A stretch of DNA of 64,000 nt from an uncultured Ignavibacteriota bacterium (GCA_903900335.1 CAIUMP010000044.1:98686-162685), one strand, 5' to 3'. Shown: positions 9,977 to 19,740, counted from the stretch's first letter. Notes: generated by a model not told the origin, from the letters alone. Translations and numbers: made by a program.

Positions 9977-10606
9977 ATGTTTGAAATCCGCATACATGGT
10001 CGCGGCGGACAGGGTGTTGTCACTGCGGCTGAACTACTATCTATTGCAGCCTTTCGCGAGGGCCGACACGCGCAGGCATTCCCGAGTTTCGGTTCCGAAC
10101 GTACCGGTGCGCCGGTCATGGCCTTCTGCCGCATAGACGAGAAGCCCATCCGTTCCCGCGAGCCGATCGCTCGGCCCGACGCGCTCATCATCCAGGATCC
10201 AACCTTGCTTCTAATGGAGGGATTGTTCACGGGCCTCCGCAGTGATGGATACGTTCTGATCAATTCGAAGAAGACCCCTACCGAGCTTGGACTGGCCAGT
10301 CTGGAGCACAAACTTCCCGCCGGACATATCATCACCGTTCCAGCCACCGACCTGGCGATGAAATTCATTGGCAGGCCCATCCCGAATGCCGCGTTGCTTG
10401 GAGCCTTTGCCGCCCTGACCGAAGTGGTTAGCATCAATGCCGTATCGCTTGCCATTCGGGAGAAATTCAAGGGTGATATAGCCGAGAAAAATATTCTCGC
10501 AGCGACCGCAGCGAGTGAAGCTGCACGGCAGGAGCGGGTGCAGGAGATTGAAATGCTTCAAGACGAACAACGAGAATCCACTATGCTGCAGGAGGAAATT
10601 TGCTGA
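9977..10606 (+). CDS. porC: Pyruvate/2-oxoacid:ferredoxin oxidoreductase gamma subunit
   Basis: MFEIRIHGRGGQGVVTAAELL, FPSFGSERTGAPV, PNAALLGA. Confidence 0.93.
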   Translation: MFEIRIHGRGGQGVVTAAELLSIAAFREGRHAQAFPSFGSERTGAPVMAFCRIDEKPIRSREPIARPDALIIQDPTLLLMEGLFTGLRSDGYVLINSKKTPTELGLASLEHKLPAGHIITVPATDLAMKFIGRPIPNAALLGAFAALTEVVSINAVSLAIREKFKGDIAEKNILAATAASEAARQERVQEIEMLQDEQRESTMLQEEIC

Positions 10607-11817
10607 AACAGATCGAAGGCTCTCGCGCTGTCGCCGAGGCCGTTGGGCTGTGCAGACCCAAAGTCATCTGCGCCTATCCAATCACTCCGCAAACGCATAT
10701 CGTCGAAGGGCTCGGCGAGATGGTGCGAATGGAAGAGCTTGTGGACTGCGAGTTTATCAATGTCGAAAGTGAGTTCGCCGCGATGAGCGTGGCTATCGGC
10801 TCCTCGGCAACAGGCGTGCGAACGTACACGGCTACTTCCTCACAAGGTTTGCTCTATATGACCGAAGCGGTTTATAATGCAAGCGGCATGGGGCTTCCAA
10901 TCGTAATGACGCTTGGTACCCGGGCCATCGGTGCTCCAATCAATATTTGGAATGACCACTCGGACGCAATGGCCATTCGCGACGCCGGATGGATAATGCT
11001 CTTTGCGCAATCGAATCAGGAAGCGATCGATCTGCACATTCAAGCCTTCAGGATTGCGGAGACGCTTGGCGCTCCGGTTATGGTTTGTGTAGATGGCTTC
11101 ATCCTCACACACGCCTATGAACGCCTTGATATACCAGAACAAGCACAGGTTGATGCATTCGTTGGGCAGTTCATGCCTGCGTACGAACTCGACCCCAAGC
11201 ACCCAGTAACCATCGGTGCGCTTGTTGGGCCGGAGGCATACAGCGAAGTTCGCTATCTCGCACATCGCAAGCAGTTGGAAGCGCTGGAGCTTGTGCCGCA
11301 GGTTGCGGTCGAATTCGAAGCCATGTTTGCCCGCGATTCTGGCGGTCTCGTTCACACGTTTGCAACCGAAGGCGCGAAGACGATCGTCGTCGCGATGGGC
11401 TCCGTGATCGGGACCATACTCGATGTTGTCGAGGAATTGCAGCAGGACGGGCACCCCATCGGCACAATGGCTATCGCCTGTTATCGCCCATTCCCAGTAG
11501 AGGCCGTACGAGATGCGCTACTCCACGCCGAGCGCGTAATCATCATTGAAAAGAGCATCACACCTGGAATGGGTGGGCCGCTAACGGCGGATGTTCGCCT
11601 CGCACTGCATGACACTCCGATCAACATCGTGAGCGTCGTGGCGGGGCTTGGAGGTCGAGCCATCATGAAGGACTCGCTCCGTGCGCTTCTGTTACGGGCG
11701 CAGCATGACGAACAACCGGACATCACATTTCTCGATCTTAACTGGGACATGATCAGCAGCCCTCTCAATGATCTGGAATCGCGTGCTAATTACAAACGAT
11801 TGGGAACCGCGTCATGA
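10600..11817 (+). CDS. porA: Pyruvate/2-oxoacid:ferredoxin oxidoreductase alpha subunit
   Basis: AYPITPQTHIVE, VESEFAAMS, TATSSQGL, INIWNDHSD, GLGGR. Confidence 0.93.
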   Translation: MLKQIEGSRAVAEAVGLCRPKVICAYPITPQTHIVEGLGEMVRMEELVDCEFINVESEFAAMSVAIGSSATGVRTYTATSSQGLLYMTEAVYNASGMGLPIVMTLGTRAIGAPINIWNDHSDAMAIRDAGWIMLFAQSNQEAIDLHIQAFRIAETLGAPVMVCVDGFILTHAYERLDIPEQAQVDAFVGQFMPAYELDPKHPVTIGALVGPEAYSEVRYLAHRKQLEALELVPQVAVEFEAMFARDSGGLVHTFATEGAKTIVVAMGSVIGTILDVVEELQQDGHPIGTMAIACYRPFPVEAVRDALLHAERVIIIEKSITPGMGGPLTADVRLALHDTPINIVSVVAGLGGRAIMKDSLRALLLRAQHDEQPDITFLDLNWDMISSPLNDLESRANYKRLGTAS

Positions 11818-12824
11818 TCGAATCAACACAGAAGATCAAGTTCTATCAGACCGGCACATTCACTGCCGGAAACCGTCTCCTGGATCTCGAACAGCGCACC
11901 GTTCAATCTTCCGACGAACGAACGAACGCCATCACGTGCGGACACCGCGCGTGTCAGGGATGCGGCGAAGCACTCGGCGCACGATACGCGCTTGATGCGG
12001 CGATGCGTGCGACGAATGGCAACGTGATCGCTGTCAATGCGACGGGATGTCTGGAGGTGTTTTCGACCCCCTACCCGGAAACATCCTGGCAATTGCCGTG
12101 GCTGCACTCGCTCTTTGGCAATGCGGCTGCCGTTGCCTCCGGTGTTGCGGCGGCCTTGCGCCGTCAAGGCCGAGAGGATGTCCGTGTTATCGCACAAGGC
12201 GGTGACGGCGGCACGACGGACATCGGTTTTGCCTGCCTGAGCGGAATGTTCGAGCGCAACGACGACGTGCTCTATATCTGCTATGATAATCAGGGCTACA
12301 TGAACACTGGCGTGCAGCGATCCAGCGCGACACCACCTGCCGCACGAACAGCGACGACACCTGCCATGGGCTCGGCTCCAGGCAACCCATTCGGAATTGG
12401 CAAAGATGTTCCGCGCATCGCGATGGCGCACGAAATTCCCTATGTAGCAACAGCGACCGTGGCAGATCTGCACGATCTTGAAGAGAAAGTTACTCGTGCG
12501 ATGTCCATGCGAGGTGCGCGGTACATCCACATTTTTGTGCCATGTCCTCTTGGATGGGCACATGCGACACGGGACACGATTCGTGTTGCGCGGCTCGCTG
12601 TGGAGTCCGGCACATTTCCTGTATTCGAGGCCGAGCATGGCGAGATCGTGCGGTCGAATCCGATCCGCCGCCAAATACCCGTTGAAGAATATCTTAAGAC
12701 GCAAGGGCGCTTTGCGCATTTGTTCAAACCGACGCGCGATGACGTTCGCCTGGAAGCTCTCCAAGCCATCGCCGACAAGAATATCAAGAAGTTCAATCTT
12801 ATCCGAGAGGAGGCTGCAATATGA
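11814..12824 (+). CDS. porB: Pyruvate/2-oxoacid:ferredoxin oxidoreductase beta subunit (TPP-binding)
   Basis: GHRACQGCG, ATGCLEV, GGDGG...DNQGYMNTG TPP motif, PCPLGW. Confidence 0.93.
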   Translation: MIESTQKIKFYQTGTFTAGNRLLDLEQRTVQSSDERTNAITCGHRACQGCGEALGARYALDAAMRATNGNVIAVNATGCLEVFSTPYPETSWQLPWLHSLFGNAAAVASGVAAALRRQGREDVRVIAQGGDGGTTDIGFACLSGMFERNDDVLYICYDNQGYMNTGVQRSSATPPAARTATTPAMGSAPGNPFGIGKDVPRIAMAHEIPYVATATVADLHDLEEKVTRAMSMRGARYIHIFVPCPLGWAHATRDTIRVARLAVESGTFPVFEAEHGEIVRSNPIRRQIPVEEYLKTQGRFAHLFKPTRDDVRLEALQAIADKNIKKFNLIREEAAI

Positions 12825-14446
12825 ACGAGCATTTTGCCGTTTCGCTACCTGTCGGGACAAGCCTTGCCAATCACACCGGCGCGTGGCGCACGGAACGACC
12901 GAACTACATTGACCGACTGCCACCATGCAACAACGCGTGTCCTGCCGGTGAGAATATCCAGCAGTGGCTGTATCATGCTGAGGAAGGAAACTATCAGGCG
13001 GCATGGGAAGAGATCATGAAGAACAATCCCTTCCCCGCGATCATGGGACGGGCCTGTTATCATCCGTGCGAGACCTCCTGTAACCGCGCGCAACTTGACG
13101 AACCGGTCAGCATTCACGCGGTGGAGCGTTTCCTTGGTGACCGAGCACTCTCTGAAGGGTGGCGCGTATCGGTTAGCGCAGAGGCGAGCGGCAAGAAGGT
13201 GTTAGTGGTTGGCGCAGGCCCGAGTGGGCTTTCCGCGGCATATCATCTTGCGCGAAAGGGCCATGCAGTTACAATCGTCGAGGCGGGGCCTGTTGCCGGT
13301 GGCATGATGCGATTTGGAATTCCCGCGTATCGACTTCCGCGCAATGTTGTCAATGCTGAGATCGAGCGCATTCTTTCGCTTGGCGTGACACTTCGCTTGA
13401 ACGAGAAAGTTGAGGACATTCCTGCGCTCATGCAGCGCGAAGGCTTCGACGCTTGCTTCGTCGCGATCGGTGCCCATCTTTCCAAGCGCGTTGACATCCC
13501 CTCCCCTGATGCTGGCCGCATTCTCGATGCGCTTGGTGTGCTCCGAACGATGGAAAGTGATGCCCCAGCGCAGCTTGGACGACGCGTGATCGTTTATGGC
13601 GGCGGCAATACCGCGCTGGATGTTGCACGCACGGCGCGACGCATGGGCAACGAGGCGATCATCGTCTATCGGAGAACGCGAGACAAGATGCCCGCGCATG
13701 ATTTCGAAGTAGAAGAAGCTGTCGAAGAAGGTATCCAATTCCGATGGCTGGAGACGATCAAACACATGTCGGGAGAGTCCATCACTGTCGAGAAGATGGC
13801 ACTTGATGAGAAGGGTTTCCCGCAACCAACCGGGGAGTTCGAGGTGATCGAAGGCGACATGGTCGTGCTCGCGCTTGGGCAGGATGTGGATACTGCCGTG
13901 CTGGACACCATACCAGGGATCGAGCATGATAAGTCAGGCGTGGTGAAGGTTGGCACCAACATGATGACGGGACATCCTGGCATCTTCGCCGGAGGCGATA
14001 TGGTGCCATCAGAGCGAACCATCACCGTAGCAGTCGGTCACGGCAAAAAGGCGGCATCTAATATTGACGCTTACCTCAAAGGGATCACGATCGCACCGAA
14101 GGAAAAGCATCCTGTTGCAACAGCCGACAAACTCAATACGTGGTACTATTCGGACGCAGACAAAACCGTCCAGCCGATGCTGGATATGCTGCGCCGAAAG
14201 ACGACATTCGGCGAGGTTGTTGGCGGACTCGACGAAACGAATGCGCTTTTCGAGGCTCGGCGCTGCATGTCCTGCGGGAATTGCTTTGAGTGCGACAACT
14301 GCTTCGCCGTCTGCCCGGATAACGCGGTAATCAAACTTGGTGCTGGAAATAGATTCAAATTCAATTACGATTACTGCAAAGGATGTGGCGTTTGCGTCGC
14401 CGAGTGCCCCTGCGGGGCGATCGAAATGGTTTTGGAAGATATCTGA
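12821..14446 (+). CDS. GltD/SudA-like FAD/NAD(P)-dependent Fe-S oxidoreductase fused to a PFOR delta-like 2[4Fe-4S] domain
   Basis: N-terminal TGAWRTERP (delta-like); PPCNNACP, GRACYHPCETSC; VGAGPSG, GGGNTALD, YRR; C-terminal CMSCGNCFECDNCFAVCP and CKGCGVCVAECP. Confidence 0.88.
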   Translation: MNEHFAVSLPVGTSLANHTGAWRTERPNYIDRLPPCNNACPAGENIQQWLYHAEEGNYQAAWEEIMKNNPFPAIMGRACYHPCETSCNRAQLDEPVSIHAVERFLGDRALSEGWRVSVSAEASGKKVLVVGAGPSGLSAAYHLARKGHAVTIVEAGPVAGGMMRFGIPAYRLPRNVVNAEIERILSLGVTLRLNEKVEDIPALMQREGFDACFVAIGAHLSKRVDIPSPDAGRILDALGVLRTMESDAPAQLGRRVIVYGGGNTALDVARTARRMGNEAIIVYRRTRDKMPAHDFEVEEAVEEGIQFRWLETIKHMSGESITVEKMALDEKGFPQPTGEFEVIEGDMVVLALGQDVDTAVLDTIPGIEHDKSGVVKVGTNMMTGHPGIFAGGDMVPSERTITVAVGHGKKAASNIDAYLKGITIAPKEKHPVATADKLNTWYYSDADKTVQPMLDMLRRKTTFGEVVGGLDETNALFEARRCMSCGNCFECDNCFAVCPDNAVIKLGAGNRFKFNYDYCKGCGVCVAECPCGAIEMVLEDI

Positions 14447-14472
14447 AGTAAGAAGAATGAAGTGACTGACAG

Positions 14473-14508
14473 GAGGCCGCCTCGGGATGAGGCGGCTTTC
14501 GTGCTTTT
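14473..14508 (+). terminator. Intrinsic terminator after the por operon
   Basis: GAGGCCGCCTC-GGGAT-GAGGCGGCTTTC followed by GTGCTTTT. Confidence 0.7.
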
Positions 14509-14599
14509 GGGTTGTATATTTGCACGGGAGTGGTTGAAATGTCGCCCTCGAAATTCAACCACGGTGTACGATCAACAATGACTAACATCTAATATTATT

Positions 14600-15106
14600 A
14601 TGTCCAAGATCATCAAGCAACGAATGCACGCGAAGATCGAAGGGGATTTTGTCGTCTTCATCATTGGAATGCGCGTGAACAAGCTTTGGAAGATTCACAA
14701 ATGGCTTCCGGTTGCAACCGCGATGCCGAAGATGATCGCGGAGCTTTCGAAGAATCCGGAGTCGGGGTTCCTCGGTGCTCGGCAGTCAGGGCTTTGGCTT
14801 GTACAGTACTGGCGAAGTTTCGAGCATCTCGTCGCTTATGCACGCAACCGCGACTCAAAGCACTTCCCTGCATGGGTGAAATTCAACAAGCGCGTTGGTT
14901 CGTCCGGCGATGTAGGCATCTGGCACGAGACGTTCCTTATCAAGGATGGGCAGTACGAAACCGTCTATAACAACATGCCACCCGGCGGACTCGGTAAGAT
15001 AGGTACACTCATTCCTGCAAGTGGCAAGTACGGCAGTGCCATGAGCAGAGCCGGGAGAGTGCAGAACGACGACGCGCCGATTACACCGGATGGCAGCGTT
15101 TCATAG
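14600..15106 (+). CDS. DUF4188 family (ABM-like monooxygenase fold) protein
   Basis: FVVFIIGMRVNK, AMPKMI.EL, VQYWRSFEHL..YA, H..AW..FN, VGIWHET. Confidence 0.85.
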   Translation: MSKIIKQRMHAKIEGDFVVFIIGMRVNKLWKIHKWLPVATAMPKMIAELSKNPESGFLGARQSGLWLVQYWRSFEHLVAYARNRDSKHFPAWVKFNKRVGSSGDVGIWHETFLIKDGQYETVYNNMPPGGLGKIGTLIPASGKYGSAMSRAGRVQNDDAPITPDGSVS

Positions 15107-15143
15107 TGGAGCAATCTGGACACGAGTTTCGTTTGAGGCCACA

Positions 15144-16106
15144 ATGAAAACTTACCTCACCCTACTTCTCGCCATCCTTCTCGTTTCGTGCTCATCGAAG
15201 GATAATCCGAATGAGATCACCGCGTCCGGCACCATCGAGGCGACAGACGTAAACGTTGCTGCGAAAGTACCAGCTCAAATTGCCGTACTTTACGTAGATG
15301 AAGGCGCGAAGGTGGATTCCGGGAGCCTCATTGCGCTGCAGGATCATAGTTCGCTGGATATTCAGCTTCGCGAAGCAGATGCGGCAGTAAACGCTGCTCG
15401 CTCGCAGTTCGCACTGACCGAAAAAGGGGCGCGCTCGGAGGATATCAAGCAATCAGAAGAGGCTGTCAGCCAAGCACAATCGAATCGCAAGCTTGCCGCA
15501 GACGATCTTGAGCGAACGCGCAATCTCGTTAAAGGCAACGCAGCACCCACACAGCAGTTGGATATGGCGGAGAACCGCTTCCGTGTCGCGCAGAGCCAGT
15601 TGGATCAGGCGGAACAGAACGTCGAGAAGGTAAAACATCTCGCGCGCCCCGAGGACATCTCCACCGCTAGCGCTCACGTCCAGCAACTCGAAGCTACGCG
15701 AGACCGTGTGAGAAAGATGATCGATGATTCGTATATTACTTCCCCAGTGAAGGGCACGATCACCCACCGCGTTCTGGAGCAAGGGGAGCTCGCTGGCGCG
15801 GGGTCAAATGTCGTGACCGTCACCGATCTCTCGAAGGTCTATCTCATGATCTATGTTGCTGAAGGAGAACTTCCGCACATTCACCTTGGGGAGAAGGTAG
15901 ATGTAAAGGTGGATGGGTTGCCGAATAAGTCGTTCATAGGTTCGGTAACATACATCTCGCCGGAAGCCGAGTTCACGCCGAAGAATATCCAAACGAAGGA
16001 TGACCGTGTGAAGCTGGTGTTTGGTGTGAAAGTAGAGATCCCGAATCCGACGGGAGAATTGAAGAAGGGTCTACCTGCGGATGCAACAATCCATTTGAAG
16101 GGATAA
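15144..16106 (+). CDS. HlyD-family efflux periplasmic adaptor (YbhG-like), lipoprotein
   Basis: MKTYLTLLLAILLVSC lipobox; ASGTIEA, coiled-coil hairpin, SP..GTI, ISPEAEFTPKNIQT, LK.GLPAD. Confidence 0.9.
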   Translation: MKTYLTLLLAILLVSCSSKDNPNEITASGTIEATDVNVAAKVPAQIAVLYVDEGAKVDSGSLIALQDHSSLDIQLREADAAVNAARSQFALTEKGARSEDIKQSEEAVSQAQSNRKLAADDLERTRNLVKGNAAPTQQLDMAENRFRVAQSQLDQAEQNVEKVKHLARPEDISTASAHVQQLEATRDRVRKMIDDSYITSPVKGTITHRVLEQGELAGAGSNVVTVTDLSKVYLMIYVAEGELPHIHLGEKVDVKVDGLPNKSFIGSVTYISPEAEFTPKNIQTKDDRVKLVFGVKVEIPNPTGELKKGLPADATIHLKG

Positions 16107-16114
16107 GTGACGTC

Positions 16115-16576
16115 ATGATCCGGTCTGTTACTGAGGCGGATGCTGATGTTTGGGAACACCTGCGCGAGTTGTTCTGGCCGACTGATGCAGGAGAGCATGG
16201 CAGGGAGAAAGGCGAACATTCAAGAGACATTGCGAAGTACTTTAATGGGGATCGAAGAGAGCCCGCCGAGGTGCTGCTCGCCATCAATCATGCGGGGCGG
16301 GTCGTTGGGTTCACAGAACTATCGATTCGGAATATTGTCGATGGGTGCTCGACTGGGCGTGTTGCATATCTGGAAGGTTGGTTCGTTGAGGAAGAGGAGC
16401 GCGGAAAGGGATTCGGCGCAGCTCTGATGCGCGCAAGTGAGGATTGGGGACGAGCGCAAGGCTGTACGGAATTCGCATCGGATACGGAGATCACAAACGA
16501 GTTGAGTATTTCGATGCACACACGTCTGGGTTTTGAAGAGACGGGTCGCGTTGCGCAGTTTAGGAAAGAACTCTGA
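16115..16576 (+). CDS. AAC(6')-I-like aminoglycoside N-acetyltransferase (GNAT)
   Basis: W..LR..FWP, GFTELSIR..VDGC....VAYLEGWFV, RG.G.G..L, GCTEFASDT...N..S...H..LGFEET.RV..FRK.L. Confidence 0.8.
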   Translation: MIRSVTEADADVWEHLRELFWPTDAGEHGREKGEHSRDIAKYFNGDRREPAEVLLAINHAGRVVGFTELSIRNIVDGCSTGRVAYLEGWFVEEEERGKGFGAALMRASEDWGRAQGCTEFASDTEITNELSISMHTRLGFEETGRVAQFRKEL

Positions 16577-16644
16577 GGGATCTACAAACGGGGAAGCGCT
16601 CTGGTGGGCGCGCCGAACGCGCCACATCTTGGGATTTGTCATCC

Positions 16645-16663
16645 CTCGTTACTCGTTACCCGT
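16645..16663 (+). repeat. Short heptamer tandem repeat (CTCGTTA)n
   Basis: CTCGTTA CTCGTTA CCCGT just upstream of the TIR start codon. Confidence 0.5.
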
Positions 16664-16679
16664 CCACCTAACGCAGAGT

Positions 16680-18410
16680 ATGCCCGACATCTTTATTTCC
16701 TACTCCCGCAAAGACTCCGCGCAAGCACTTGGGCTTGCTGATCGACTGCGTGCATCTGGGATGGATGTGTGGATCGATCAACATGGTATTGAAGCGGCAA
16801 CCGCCTGGTCGAAGGAGATCGTTGACGCGATCGACACTGCCAATGTGTTCATCCTGCTGCTCTCGGCTTCCTCGATCGGGAGTGTTAATGTCGTGCGTGA
16901 GCTTGCCATCGCCAGTGAGTCCGATAAGCCCATTTTGCCCATCGAACTCGAATCGGTTGTGCTGCCAAGCGAGTTCAAGTACCAACTTTCGGGTGTGCAG
17001 CGCGCACACTATTCTGATTTTGCGGGAATACTTCGAGCCGTAACAAGACTCATTACCTCGCAGAGGAATCCGTCAGATTCCCCTATACCGTCCCAGCATG
17101 AACCGAGTCTCGAGCCTAATGATACGCGAAAGAGCCTCATGGTTCTTCCTTTCGAAGATCTCTCCCCCGGTGCCGACAATGCCTGGTTCGCAGATGGATT
17201 GATGGGCGAGTTGATTTCATCACTCTCTCACATCAAATCCTTACGTCTCATAGACCAGCGCACATCGAGAGACTTTAAGGATGTAAAAGTTAAGCTTACT
17301 GATATTGCGAAGGAGTACGCTATTCGATACTTCATCGAAGGCTCTGTTCGCAAATTTGGTGACCAGATCAAGGTCTCTCTGACACTCCTCGATATAATAA
17401 CGGGGGATCATCTCTGGCAGTACTCTCATCGCGGGGATTTCTCTGACATCTTCGATGTGCAGGAGCAGCTTGCAGCGAAGACGGTAGAGGGGTTGCGACT
17501 TCATCTCACGTCTGACGAAGAAGTAAAACTAAAGGAGCGCGGGACAGACAATGCCGAAGCATACGAGCTGTACCTCAAAGGCAATGAGTATTATGATCGG
17601 CATACGAAAGCGACGTTTGGATATGCACTCTCCGTCTTTCGTGATGCTATTGATCTCGATCCGAAATTCGCTGAAGCCTACGTCGGCGCGGCGGACACAC
17701 TTTCAGAGACCTGGCGTGTATATGACCGTAATCCAGCCATGCTCGAAGAGGCTGAGCAACTCCTTGAGACTGCTCGAGGGCTTAAGCCATCGCTGACACG
17801 TATCCTTGATATTCTCGCTCACATTCGGCTTCGGCAGGGGCGATTTGAAGAAGCGGAGGAGTTGGCGAAGAAGTTTGTCGAGTTGGAGCCGGAGAGTCGT
17901 CTCAGCCATTTTACCCTCGGCTTTTTGTACATGGAAATCGGGCAACCCACCCGCGCGATTCCCGCCTTCGAGGCGTGTATTCGTGTTCAGCCCGACTACC
18001 TCACCGCGCGCTGGAATCTCGTGCTAACGTTCGATCGCGCTGGTGATACTGCGGGACGAATTCGAGCGGCCGAAGAAGCGATTCCACTCTTCGAAAAGCG
18101 ACTCCGCCAATTCCCGGATGACGAGGACACGCGATGCCAACTACCGAATCTACTTTTCCACGCTGGACGCAAGGTGGAGGCAAGCGTGGCGCTGGCGACC
18201 GTCACGGGACTAAAAGACGCGGGTTCATTCTATAATCTTGCGTGTCTGGCGTCGAATCTCGGAAAACACGAACTTGCAGTTCGCTACCTCAGGAACGCAC
18301 TGGAAGGTGGGTTCGCCCACAAAGAGATCTTTCGTGTAGATCCTGATCTTGAGGCGATTCGGAATCGGGATGACTTTCGAGAACTAATGGCAGAATTTCA
18401 CGTACACTAG
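16680..18410 (+). CDS. TIR domain - TolB_N-like - TPR protein (paralog 1)
   Basis: MPDIFISYSRKDS, VWIDQ.GI, LLLS..S..S.NV.RE (TIR_2); SLMVLPFEDLSP..DN.WFADGL, EGSVRK, NAEAYELYLKG; TPRs; C-terminal YNLAC..DPDL..IR. Confidence 0.9.
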   Translation: MPDIFISYSRKDSAQALGLADRLRASGMDVWIDQHGIEAATAWSKEIVDAIDTANVFILLLSASSIGSVNVVRELAIASESDKPILPIELESVVLPSEFKYQLSGVQRAHYSDFAGILRAVTRLITSQRNPSDSPIPSQHEPSLEPNDTRKSLMVLPFEDLSPGADNAWFADGLMGELISSLSHIKSLRLIDQRTSRDFKDVKVKLTDIAKEYAIRYFIEGSVRKFGDQIKVSLTLLDIITGDHLWQYSHRGDFSDIFDVQEQLAAKTVEGLRLHLTSDEEVKLKERGTDNAEAYELYLKGNEYYDRHTKATFGYALSVFRDAIDLDPKFAEAYVGAADTLSETWRVYDRNPAMLEEAEQLLETARGLKPSLTRILDILAHIRLRQGRFEEAEELAKKFVELEPESRLSHFTLGFLYMEIGQPTRAIPAFEACIRVQPDYLTARWNLVLTFDRAGDTAGRIRAAEEAIPLFEKRLRQFPDDEDTRCQLPNLLFHAGRKVEASVALATVTGLKDAGSFYNLACLASNLGKHELAVRYLRNALEGGFAHKEIFRVDPDLEAIRNRDDFRELMAEFHVH

Positions 18411-18508
18411 GTAAATGCTGGCGCGGAACTCCATGATTCCTCATGAGCCGCGAATCACAATCTCCTCCCGAAAGCCAGTTGTTCTGAGATTCTCATTGAC
18501 ACACCACT

Positions 18509-18955
18509 ATGAAAGAATTTACCTTTAGCGCATCGCTCTGGTTGCCGGCTCCCTTGGAGCAAGTCTTCGAATTCTTCTCAGACGCCAAGAATCTCCAGCG
18601 CATCACTCCACCCTGGGTGGGCTTCGAGGTCCTGACGCCAGCTCCAATCACGTTGCAGGTGGGCACGATAATTGACTATCGAATTAAGATTCACGGCTTT
18701 CCAGTCCGTTGGCGGACAGAGATCCGTAACTGGGCTCCTCCCCACCGATTCTCGGACGTTCAACTTCGTGGACCGTATCGATTGTGGGATCATACGCACA
18801 CATTCGAGGCGGTCGACGGAGGAACATTGTGCAAGGATGAAGTTCGCTACAGACCACTCGGAGGCGCGCTGGTAAACGCACTCTTCGTGCGGCGAGATGT
18901 GGAAAAGATCTTTGCCTACCGTACAGAAGCACTTTCAAAGATCTTCAAGAATTGA
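18509..18955 (+). CDS. SRPBCC family (polyketide cyclase-like) protein
   Basis: VFEFFSDA.NL..ITPPW, W.TEI..W.PP..F.D.Q.RGPY..W.H.H.F. Confidence 0.88.
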   Translation: MKEFTFSASLWLPAPLEQVFEFFSDAKNLQRITPPWVGFEVLTPAPITLQVGTIIDYRIKIHGFPVRWRTEIRNWAPPHRFSDVQLRGPYRLWDHTHTFEAVDGGTLCKDEVRYRPLGGALVNALFVRRDVEKIFAYRTEALSKIFKN

Positions 18956-19040
18956 ACGGGGCGGCCCATACGCGTAACAGGTACGAAGGCGTTGAGGTAC
19001 CCACGTCAGGTATTGCTGGTACCACATTCTGATCACACTT

Positions 19041-19577
19041 ATGGCAACCATTCCGGGCACACTTCTCGTGAGTTGCATCGTAGTTCTTACGTTTTGGGGC
19101 TGCTCTACGTCGAACAGGGCGCTCCCCGTCGTGCCGTCAGTAGACCTTGAGAAGTACTCCGGGCAGTGGTACGAAATCATGCGGCTACCGCACGGTTTCG
19201 AATCAGGTTTGAAGTGCGTAACTGCAACTTACTCCCTCAAGCCCAACGGTGACATCAACGTGTTGAACTCAGGGCACAAGATCTACGAACCTTCGCAAGT
19301 TAAGACCGCGACCGGGACAGCATGGATACCCGACGCTTCCGAGCCAGCAAAATTAAAAGTACGATTCTTTTGGCCGTTCTCGGGCAATTACTGGATCATT
19401 GCGCTCGACCCTAATTACCGCCATGTTATGATCGGGGATCCATCGAGAGAGTACCTCTGGATCTTATGTCGAGAGAAAATGCTCCCAGACTCAACTCTTC
19501 AGTTGCTACTCTCACAGGCAACCGCGCAGGGTTTCGACGTCTCCAAGCTCGAACGCGTCTCCCAAGATTGCAATTGA
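19041..19577 (+). CDS. blc: Lipocalin family lipoprotein (Blc-like)
   Basis: WGC lipobox; VDLEKYSGQWYEI.R, A.Y, LKV.FFWPF.G.YWI..LD..Y, YLWIL.R. Confidence 0.85.
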   Translation: MATIPGTLLVSCIVVLTFWGCSTSNRALPVVPSVDLEKYSGQWYEIMRLPHGFESGLKCVTATYSLKPNGDINVLNSGHKIYEPSQVKTATGTAWIPDASEPAKLKVRFFWPFSGNYWIIALDPNYRHVMIGDPSREYLWILCREKMLPDSTLQLLLSQATAQGFDVSKLERVSQDCN

Positions 19578-19740
19578 CTCTCCACGGGAGCCCATTTGAG
19601 TACTCGGCGGGGTGTAATCCAAGGATCCGTGTCTGGCGCGGCGCACTTATTACGGTCGAAACATTGTTCGTCGAAACGAGCAGTGATCGGCGTTCGTCGC
19701 CGTGACATTCATACAAATAACTAAAAGAACGTAAGATAAA

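Noticed and set aside
11823-13004. 393-aa antisense ORF (also 5762-6526, 51936-53018 and 36095-36940)
   Set aside because: Shadow ORFs opposite well-conserved genes, with no recognisable motifs
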